Positions 1 to 9,157 of a stretch of DNA of 47,808 nt are shown in pieces. Under the pieces are notes generated by a model, which worked only from the letters and a program-made list of their open reading frames with translations, was not told the origin of the DNA and ran no database searches. The translations under genes were made by a program, and so were the position numbers. How positions within the stretch are numbered: the stretch's first letter is position 1; each line of letters opens with the position of its first letter. This DNA comes from Octopus bimaculoides (taxonomy: Eukaryota): assembly GCF_001194135.2 (NCBI RefSeq), contig NC_068997.1, forward strand, positions 35,002,721 through 35,050,528, written 5' to 3'.

Positions 1-214
1 CTTCCATAATAAAAGCTAATTGTTTTCACCCCCACAACGAGGAGAAAAACAGCAAAAAACAACAGCAAAATACAATTACGCGCAAGTCGTTTCAACAATT
101 TTAAACAGTAATAATAACAATATCAATAACGAACAGTCTCAAAAAGACAACCTTCCTCAATCAAACCGTGGTCAAAAATGACTAACTCAACATACAAGTT
201 GTAATACCAACGTC
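1..214 (-). mobile_element. 5' UTR of an ORF1-only non-LTR element (copy Z), cut off by the window edge
   Basis: Minus strand starts GACGTTGGT, the same 9-mer that starts copy B at 4049. It ends ...TATTATGGAAG, like the region just before ORF1 of copy A (TTGTTATGGAATG). It abuts the AATAAA end of copy A with no spacer. Confidence 0.6.
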
Positions 215-1950
215 TTTATTTCTTTAATTAGGCACAAGGCCTCAATAGAGAAGGGACAACACAAAAACAGACAAAACAATACAATGAGGTACAAAAAACA
301 CATATCGAATGAATTATGTGTATAATGAAAATGAGGATGGAATGGCTTACCCACCCCCCATAAGCAGGTAGTTCCATTTTACTGTTTTTAAACAGCTCAA
401 TATCAGTCTTGTAGCTGTTGGTTTCCTTTTTTTAAAATTCACACAAAGTTACTATCTATAAAATATACTCCATTAAATCTTCGAAGACCACTACCGGTGG
501 CAATTCGTCGTAACAAATCTGTATCCCTGTCATTTCTATTCTTTCACCAAACAACTCCTTCAATCTGTCCCCTCTTTCTTTTTCCAGCAAAACAGCTTTC
601 AAACCTTCATTATTCTCTTTGACCGCTAATTTCACTCTGATAACGTTCTTCATCTTGGCAGTCTTTTACTCTGTCTCTACACTTTTTGTGTATTGCACCA
701 TTGTTCTCAGGTTTTTCCTTTTTGGTGTCACTCTCCTTTTCTCCTCACCAATCCCCTCTTCTGCCGCTGGCATTTCTGTCTCTGTCTTCTCTCACTCTGT
801 GTTGCTATCATTTTCCTTTCTCTTCTGTACTCTTTCCTTCTTGCTTGTTGATGATCTCTGCGTTCATTTCTCACTTACTTTTATTGACTTTTTCACTTCT
901 CATTCGTATTCTCTTGTTTTTCACTTTGCTTCTCCTCTCCACTTGCCTTTCTTTTCTTCCTCGGACTTTTTGGTGGTGAGTCTGTATTACTCTTCTTCAT
1001 TTTTACCACTGTATATTACTCTTCCATTTTCTCCTCTTCTTTGGTTGCACCTTCTTCTTCCTGATATTCCTTCTCTGTCTCCTCCTCTTCGTGTTTCTGG
1101 AGACACTTAGCTTTCGTGTGTCCCCTTATTCCACATAGAAAACATACAGGCGGTCTTCCTTCCACCACAATTCTTCACCTTGTTTCGTCTGGCAGTACCA
1201 GTTCTTCCGCAATCTTGTGGAGGTCTGGCAAGCTTATATGGACTGATACCTATAGTAGTCCATACCCCCAGCAGTTCACCTCCGTAGTTCTCGATATTTT
1301 CAATATTTCGGTGCCCTCCACTGTATTGTAGAGGATAGCTGCCACCAGCCACGCCTCATCAATTTCTGGGGGCACACTACCTATTCTTACTCTGGCTGCA
1401 CGTTTACCACAGTAAGTCGGTAGTAGTGCCCACTCAACTGATCTCAAAGGCACAGTGGAGTATTTTCTCGCTTCTTATTCACTCACGAAGCGTACCTCCA
1501 ATGTACCTCGATCGCCTCCACTGCTGCTATTTCCACTTTTTACGTTGCAATATTCAACGTTTTGTATACAATTGTTTTCTTATCAGTTTTTTCTATCACT
1601 TCCTTGGGAGGCGTCAACCTCAGGCTATCTCCCTCCTTTCTCAGTAAATCATTATATTTCTTGAAGTTTTCCTCCTTCAGTTCAACTTCTCTGATTTGCA
1701 GTACCTCTGCTGACAGGCTATTGCCAAGTCACCGCAGCATAACTTCCCGCTTGCACTGGTGTACATTCCATAACAATATTGTTCACAACTTCACCCATAA
1801 ATGGGGAAGAAAATTAAAATCTCGGTAACAACAAGTTCAACAATTTCAGGTAACAACAATCCAACAATTCAATAAATAACAGTTTAACAATAACAGTACT
1901 CACATGGAGTGTATACACTTCAAACTCAACTGACACAAATACAGAACTAA
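215..1950 (-). mobile_element. ORF1-only L1/Tx1-like non-LTR element, copy A (about 1.74 kb; ORF1 broken by stops and frameshifts)
   Basis: Manual minus-strand translation gives REVELKEENFKKYNDLLRKEGDSLRLTPPKEV, then LLPTYCGKRAARVRIGSVPPE, then an intact CCHC knuckle VEGRPPVCFLCGIRGHTKAKC, an E/K-rich linker and a C-terminal YDELPPVVVFEDLMEYIL* (456). A roughly 240-nt 3' UTR ends GAGGCCTTGTGCCTAATTAAAGAAATAAA. No endonuclease or RT sequence is present. Confidence 0.8.
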
Positions 1951-4049
1951 TTTCTTTATTAGGCACAAGGCCTCAATAGAGAAGGGACAACACAAAAACA
2001 GACAAAACATTACAACGGGGTACATGAAAAACACATATCGAATGAATTATGGATATAATGAAAATGAGGATGGAATGGCTTACCTAGTTCCATTTTACTG
2101 TTTTTAAATGAACAGTTCCATATCAGTCTTGTATCTGTTGGTTTCCTTTTTTAAAAAATTCACACAAATTCACAATTCTAAAAGTATACGCCATCAAATC
2201 CTCGAAGACCACCACCGGTGGCAATTCGTCGTAACAAACCTGTATCGCTGTCATCTCCATTCCTTCACCAAACAACACCCCAAATCCAACTCCCCCTCCA
2301 GCAAAACAGCTTTCAACCCTTCATTATTCTCTTTGGCCTCCAATTCCACTCTGACAACGTTCCCCATCCCGGCAATCCTCTTCTCCATCTTTACCCCCAC
2401 CCCGCGTATCGTAACATTGTACTCATGTTCCCCGCAGTCACTCTTCTCTCCCCACCAAATTCCACCCCTGCCGCTGGTACTCCCACCTCTGCCTGTCTCC
2501 TACTCTGTGCTGCCATCATCTCTTTTCTATCTCTACACTTTTTGTATATTGAATCATATTTCTTAAGTGTTTGGATTTTGGGGGTTTGACGGGCAACATT
2601 TGTTTTCTTAACGAAACACTTTCAAACTTGGGACACTGGTAGAATGTGTCATATAAAACAACAACTTCTCTTAACCTTCTAAACAAAATTTTGTACATCG
2701 TAAGTTATTTCATGTTAAAGTTGTCGTATTTCTGTAATTTCAACCAATCACTGACGTCTATTCAGCTGAATACATTTACTGCTGTTTTCTAAACAGTAGC
2801 TTTTGACCGGTAAGAAAAATGTTATTCCCCTGACATATTTCATCCGGTTTAATCGTAATTTATACGCATATATTGTTTATATAATAAATTACGCTGTGCG
2901 TATCTGTGTGTGTATATTTTACTCATAACCTCACTCATAACCCTAACCCTAAACTAGAGTTTGATTTGAAGAAGATTTGGCTGCTATTTCTAGGAAATGA
3001 AGCACTTGTTGGAGGTGCTTTAATAATTCTGGTAGCTCCAATAACAAGTGCAGGCAATATTCAAGTATCTTGATGGCTTTTTCCCCCCTTTGTTTACGAA
3101 TAGTCTAGTTAATCGGAAATGTCAGAACTAACGGGGATTAATACCATATACACCGTTACAGCACTTACTGTTTTCAACTGAATAGACGTCAGTGATTAGT
3201 TGAAATTATCGAAATAAGACAATTTTTAACGTGAAATAACTTCGAATACAAAATTTATTATCTGTTCTATACCACAACATATACAAGTATACGAAGTTTG
3301 AAAATGTTTCGGTACCAAAACACTATATAAAATAATGTTGCCCGTCAAATCACAAAGGTCACTGTCAGTCACTGTCCGTTTTTCTTCACCAATCTCTTCT
3401 ACTGTTGCTGCTATTTCTATCTCTGTATGTCTCTCATTCTTTGTTGTTATCCTTTCTCTTTCATTTTCCTTCTGAACTTTCCCCTCTTTGCCAGTTGTTG
3501 GTAACGGTTCCTGTTTATGCTCTTCGACTTTGTCACTTTTTGTTGTCTTTTCAGTTTTCTCTTCTCATTCGTATTCTCTTGTTTTTCACTTTGCTTCTCC
3601 TCTCCACTTGCCTTTCTTTTCTTCCTCGGACTTTTTGGTGGTGAGTCTGTATTACTCTTCTTTCTTTTTACCACTGTATATTACTCTTCCATTTTCTCCT
3701 CCTCTTCGGTTGCACCTTCTTCTTCCTGATATTCCTTCTCTGTCTCCTCCTCTTCGTGTTTCTGGAGACACTTAGCTTTCATGTGTATCCTTCAATTTAA
3801 TTTCTCTAACTTGCAATACCTCTGCTGACAGGCTTTTGCCAGTCACCGCAGCATAACTGCCCGCTTGCACTAGTGTCCCTTCCATAACAACACTGTTCAC
3901 AACTTCACCCATAAATGGGGAAGAAATTTTTTTTAAAAACCAATAACAACAAATTCAACAATTTCAGGCAACAACAATCCAACAAATAACAGTTTAACAA
4001 TAACAGTACTCACATTGAGCGTATACACTTCAAATACAACACCAACGTC
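1951..4049 (-). mobile_element. ORF1-only element, copy B: internally deleted and split by a MITE (2572-3362)
   Basis: 3490-3780 is near-identical to 890-1095 of copy A (allowing an indel), and 1951-2240 is near-identical to 220-520. Sequence on either side of the MITE is contiguous in copy A (about 676-717 and 727-783). ORF1 jumps from the REVEL-like segment straight to HxKAKC. Confidence 0.8.
2572..3362. mobile_element. MITE with long (about 200 bp) imperfect TIRs and internal telomere-like repeats
   Basis: The left arm TTTGACGGGCAACATT...CAACCAATCACTGACGTCTATTCAGCTGAAT is mirrored by TTCAACTGAATAGACGTCAGTGATTAGTTG...AATGTTGCCCGTCAAATC. A second copy lies at 9949-10582. Confidence 0.8.
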
Positions 4050-4239
4050 CTCACAGCGATTAGCTGGAGATGATTTTTAAAATGAGAATATCTGAAATAA
4101 ACTCGACTGCTCACACAAACGAGAATACTAAAAGTGAACCCGACCGCTCTCAAAAATTAGGTAAAAAAAAAATAAAAAAAAAAAACGAAAACTAATCCAG
4201 AATCCTTGTCCGGTACCGGCCGATCAAAAACCTAGTCAG

Positions 4240-5913
4240 TGCGTGCTATTGGTGATTTGCTGTTTGATTTTTTTGTGTGAAGGTTTTGTGCTGCTTTGCA
4301 GCGGTTTTTGACGGTGGTGCTTTTTCTCCGGGTTGAGGAGAATTAGCTGGACAAAATGGCGAAAAAAATGTTCTATTCTGACGTGAGCGGGTCAGAATTG
4401 TCATCCTCGGAAGATGAACTGGCAAGGGCTCTCTACAAAATGGATGAAGTTTTGAAGGAGAAGAAGACCTTTGCAGAAATAACAGAGGTTAAATCATGTG
4501 AGGTGGACCTCACGAAAATGTTGAAATATCAGAAAATGGCAACGAAAGTGGGTGGAGAAGTGAAACTGTCGCCACCGCAGAAAATAATGGACAGAATGGA
4601 AAGAAGAACGATAACGTTTAAAGCAATTGCAGCAGAAAAAATAAAGTGGAAATTATGGAAATCGAAACGATAGACAAGGCGTTGAGAGCGGTAACGAAAG
4701 AAGTAATATTCCTTTCACGAGGCAATAAATTCGGTACAATAGTTGTACAGTTCAAGTCGGAAGAGGCAGCAAAAAGGATGGCTATAAAAACAGTAAAAAC
4801 TGAGAATGTAGTCCTTCTACCCATGTATCTTGGAAGAAGGACATCCAGGGTCAGAGTAGAAGGAATACCACCAGATATGGGAGCGGCTTGGGTGGCGGCG
4901 GTGTCCGTTATCCAGGCCACATCAACTGATGACGGGACGTGGAAGGGGAAAACATTGCAAATGAACATCCAAAGTGAGAAAGAAACACTAGAAAAATTGG
5001 CAGAGACAGTAACCATAGGCGACATAAGTCTGAGAGTGTGGGTAGAGGGCAGAATTCCTCGCTGTTATAAATGTGGTCTGAAGGGCCACATTAGAGTGAA
5101 TTGGCCCTCCACCGAACAAAGAAGCACAAGAGTGGAATACACAGGAGATACTAAAAAACAAACAGGAGAAAATAGAGAACACAGAAGAGTTAATACCAGC
5201 GGAAGAAGAAAACGAAGAAAGGGAATGAAAGGCGAGTAAAAGTTCGAAAAGAAAAAGGAAGAATGTAGGCTTCTCACATGCAGAACCCCAACCCACCCAC
5301 ACCCTCTTCGTCCCACCCTCCCCCTGCAGACACTATACCTACCCATTCCCCACAAACACGAAAACAAAAAAAGAAGGACACCACACACAGTGTTAGAAAC
5401 TTCCCCTCCCACTGATTGCTATGCATGTTTGGTTTACTATGAGGCAGAGAAAGAACTGCATGAGATAGTGGAGAAATGGAAAGACACAGTCCATGCGGAC
5501 GTTAACGATGACGAGCTTGGAGAAATCACAGTAATGCTAATAACAGAAAAACATCTGAACAAAATTTTAAAATTCGAGGAATTTATGGTATGGAAGGTGA
5601 ATTACAATATGGAGAATTTACCGAAAGAAATAGAATACGAAGAACTGAAATTACGATACGGTATAGATATTATGGAGGACAGGCAAAAAGGCAAGTAAGT
5701 GATGTTACTTGATGGGGCAGGTAACATCACTTCCATTTCTCATTTTTTCATTCTTACATATTACCATTCGTTATTTTAGTTTTTCTTCTGATTTCATCTT
5801 CTTTTTGTATTTTTATTTCCCCGAATTTGTGTTTGTCGCGTTTGTATTGTCTCTGTGTTGTAATGTTTGATGGAACATTCTTTAGTTTTACCTGTTATAG
5901 GCAATTAAAAAAA
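4240..5913 (+). mobile_element. ORF1-only L1/Tx1-like element, copy C (divergent subfamily, about 1.67 kb)
   Basis: ORF pieces 4356-4673, 4646-5239 and 5390-5698 align with copy A: EVDLTKMLKY...KLSPPQKIM, LLPMYLGRRTSRVRVEGIPPD, VEGRIPRCYKCGLKGHIRVNW (CCHC with the last C changed to W), NMENLPKEIEYEELKLRY. The 3' UTR is homologous to copy A and ends in a short A run. The 5' boundary is approximate. Confidence 0.75.
4356..5698 (+). pseudogene. Frameshifted non-LTR ORF1 (gag-like, RRM-type region plus zinc knuckle) of copy C
   Basis: Three consecutive ORF-track pieces in different frames. The knuckle and the region upstream of it match L1/Tx1 ORF1 architecture (established knowledge). Confidence 0.7.
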
Positions 5914-6344
5914 TCGATCAGAGTGGTAATCATGGAATGTGAAGGTCGCCGTAGAAAATTTAGTAACAGTAATAAATTGCTTATCCTTATCTAATACAAG
6001 CCAAAGTTAACAAATTCTCCATTCAAAATAGTTTTAAAGGTGGATGTAATAAGTTCTACTCAGGAATTTTTAAATGAATAGCATGAGACCCTTTTGGTTT
6101 TCTCTTCTCTTAAATTCCGGCCTTCCTTTAGTATTCCGTTGTTTTAGATTGATGTATAGATGTATGTATAAATGTAAATATATGTGTATGTAAAAGAGAG
6201 GTATGTTTGTGTGTGTGTGTGTGTGTGTACAATGGAAATGGGATGGTAATGTTCAATGCTGAAAATGTGTGAGTGTATGTGAGTGCGCGTACAAGAGAAC
6301 TATGTGAAACTTTACATATACATGTAAAGAAAATATAAAAAATA

Positions 6345-6528
6345 ATCTAGAATTCTTGTCCGGTACCGGATCGATCCCAAAATCTAATCATTTCGTGCCA
6401 GTCACGAGGCCAAATATCTCTGAAGTTTCATCCGAATCCATCCAGTGGTCCTTGAGATATCTTGTCCACAGACAAACAAACAAATACGACTGGAAACAAT
6501 ACCTTTGCCTTCGCTAAGGCGAAGGTAA
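6345..6528 (+). mobile_element. 3' end of a Helentron/DINE-1-like non-autonomous element
   Basis: GAAGTTTCATCCGAATCCATCCAGTGG...ACAGACAAACAAACAAA...AACAATACCT followed by the terminal hairpin CCTTCGC-TAAG-GCGAAGG-TAA. A (TG)n tract lies upstream (about 6180-6290). This layout is typical of HINE/DINE-1 3' ends (family call from recall). Confidence 0.5.
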
Positions 6529-6574
6529 TAAAGTTGTGTTTATGTGCTTCTTGCAAAAATAAAATAGCTCTTCC

Positions 6575-6905
6575 ATGATGCAATTGTACAAAAAACACTG
6601 TTTCGAAGATAAGTTTAGCCTTAAAATGTTTAGGTACCATACCTGGAACTCTTGCGAAGTGATGCCTTTTAACACCTCTATCGTTTTTTGCTTCACCTCT
6701 TCCACATCTGCAAAACGTTTTCCTTTAAAGACTTTTTTCATTCGGAGGATCAAGAAAAAGTCGCAGAGTGCAAGATCGGATGAATGGGGAGGATGGAGTA
6801 AACGGAGTCATGCCATTTTTGGTCAAAAATTGTCTTGCACGCAAGACGGTGTGCGCATGCGCATTGTTGTGAGGAAACCACCACCGTCCACTTCGTCACA
6901 GGTCA
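6575..6905 (-). pseudogene. Mariner transposase C-terminal fragment
   Basis: Minus strand reads HPPHSSDLALCDFFL...MKKVFKGKRFADVEEVKQKT, a decayed HPPYSPDLAPxDF motif. Confidence 0.8.
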
Positions 6906-7069
6906 GGGCATTTTCTAGATTCCCTTGTTCGAAAATATACAGACACAGATCGTGTCGTATAGCCAGCTGGAGACGATGTCTCCTGAGGCTAAATTACAGC
7001 AACATTCGTCCTAAACCAGGACTGCCATGTTATGTTGGCAAACAATCTTTACTCCAAATGTATTTTAAT

Positions 7070-8422
7070 GTGGGGTAGGACTACCTTTGGCAGTAATTAC
7101 AGCTTGAATTCTACGAGGTATGGATTCGTACAAAGTTTAAATTGTTTCCAAAGGAATTTTTGTCCATTCTTCAGCTAAAACAGTCTCCAGTTCTTGTAAC
7201 GATGCTGGCAGAGGATATCGACTCCTTAATTGCTTTTCTAAAATGCACCATAAGTGTTCAATAATATTGAGATCTGGGGACTGTGATGGCCAGATAAGAT
7301 GTTCAACTTCACTAGAATNNNNNNNNNNNNNNNNNNNNNNNNNNNNNNNNNNNNNNNNNNNNNNNNNNNNNNNNNNNNNNNNNNNNNNNNNNNNNNNNNN
7401 NNNNNNNNNNNNNNNNNNNNNNNNNNNNNNNNNNNNNNNNNNNNNNNNNNNNNNNNNNNNNNNNNNNNNNNNNNNNNNNNNNNNNNNNNNNNNNNNNNNN
7501 NNNNNNNNNNNNNNNNNNNNNNNNNNNNNNNNNNNNNNNNNNNNNNNNNNNNNNNNNNNNNNNNNNNNNNNNNNNNNNNNNNNNNNNNNNNNNNNNNNNN
7601 NNNNNNNNNNNNNNNNNNNNNNNNNNNNNNNNNNNNNNNNNNNNNNNNNNNNNNNNNNNNNNNNNNNNNNNNNNNNNNNNNNNNNNNNNNNNNNNNNNNN
7701 NNNNNNNNNNNNNNNNNNNNNNNNNNNNNNNNNNNNNNNNNNNNNNNNNNNNNNNNNNNNNNNNNNNNNNNNNNNNNNNNNNNNNNNNNNNNNNNNNNNN
7801 NNNNNNNNNNNNNNNNNNNNNNNNNNNNNNNNNNNNNNNNNNNNNNNNNNNNNNNNNNNNNNNNNNNNNNNNNNNNNNNNNNNNNNNNNNNNNNNNNNNN
7901 NNNNNNNNNNNNNNNNNNNNNNNNNNNNNNNNNNNNNNNNNNNNNNNNNNNNNNNNNNNNNNNNNNNNNNNNNNNNNNNNNNNNNNNNNNNNNNNNNNNN
8001 NNNNNNNNNNNNNNNNNNTTGTGATCCTTTCTAGCAATTCGCGTAAGAGTCCGACGGTCCCTGAAAGTTTTGGTTTTCTTCTGGAGTTTTGATTTGACGA
8101 GGAAGTTTTTCCCTTTTTCTCAAAGGCTGTCATTGTAACAGTACTTCTTAATACACCAAACATTTTGGCTGTTTTCGTTACGCTAGCGCCTGCATACGAG
8201 CACCAACAGTTTGACCTCTTTGAAAGTTCGATAGATCTGTTGTTTTAAAGAATTTTAAGTACCTTTTTCTGATGATATCTGGAAAGAAACAGCAATTTTA
8301 GCAAAACATTAAGCAACACTAATAATAAATCACAAAACATATAAATAAACAAGCTTTTAACGGTTTTATATATAGTTCAAAATTATGATGCTAGGTGTTT
8401 CCATTATTTTGTCCACTCTCTG
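7070..8422 (-). mobile_element. Tc1-like transposon, middle hidden in the N-gap
   Basis: The N-terminus reads ...FQRGQTVGARM...ASVTKTAKMFGVLRSTV...RRKPKLS. The C-terminus reads EHLIWPSQSPDLNIIEHLW...IPRRIQAVITAKGSPTPH*. The 5' TIR CAGAGAGTGGACAAAATAATGGAAACACCT is next to a TA. The 700-N gap is about the size of the missing coding segment. The 3' TIR was not found. Confidence 0.85.
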
Positions 8423-8504
8423 TATATACTGTGTATATATGCGCGCGCGCGTGTGTATTTACCATGTGAACTACGATGAAAAAACATGAAAGATACGGTA
8501 TATA

Positions 8505-8582
8505 ATTTTTTTGGTGCAGGGGTTCCTTGAGACGTAATTTATTTTAAGGGTTACGCAAGGATGAAAAGGTTGAGAAACACTG
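8505..8582. mobile_element. hAT (Charlie-like) MITE terminus
   Basis: The reverse complement begins CAGTGTTTCTCAACCTTTT, a typical hAT-Charlie TIR. The partner end was not located. Confidence 0.45.
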
Positions 8583-9157
8583 CTTTAAAGTAACATCTCT
8601 TCGCTTTAGCTTATAAGTATTGTAATCACAGAAAAAGGAATTTAAATCAACAACTTTTCATTAAAAGTATTCTGTACATTCAAAGAAATGTACTATGTAC
8701 TTGGATTCTTCGATAGACATTACATCTTTGTCTACTTGGAATTATCGTTTTTGTATTTCAAACAGAACGGGCAAACTTTTGGCCAGGTTTTGAGATTGAC
8801 AATTATCACTGCCTTATCACAGCCTTGTTATGAATGAAAATCATTAGAGTGATAAAAAAAAAGCGTTCTGTCCTAATATCATGATTGTTTTACATGTGAT
8901 GACAGTCATTAATTATAGTGTTCTACGCTACTTTGGAAATTAATACATTACTTTTATATAATAAGAGGCGTAAATGTAAACATACATACGTGCATACATA
9001 TACGTAGATACGCATCAAATCGTGCACTCACAATACCGGTAATGTATGAAGAAAATACTTAAAGCAGATGAAAATTGAGGTCCAGTTATAGGTCAACTTG
9101 TGAAATAAATGCAGGAAGAAGATAGAATGCGAAGAGTTACTGTTCGGTAGCAAAAAT

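Noticed and set aside
619-1110. F/L/S-rich hydrophobic ORFs (also 686-979, 3405-3775, 14974-15243, 39585-39956) that look like membrane proteins
   Set aside because: They are antisense readings of purine-rich ORF1 linkers or pyrimidine-rich low-complexity DNA.
4221-5920. CGATCA on both sides of copy C as a TSD
   Set aside because: Only 6 bp, not adjacent to the inferred 5' end, and the flanks do not rejoin into one sequence.
5925-6075. SWNVK...KVDVISSTQE after copy C as a possible ORF2 endonuclease start
   Set aside because: The motifs are in different frames, lie beyond the 3' UTR and A run that are homologous to the other copies' ends, and nothing further matches. Too weak, but it should be re-tested because a true match would weaken the ORF1-only reading of copy C.
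7243-8163. Long ORFs in the track that span N-gaps (also 9877-10297 and 16101-17237)
   Set aside because: They are open only because N codons cannot be stops; they are not evidence of proteins.
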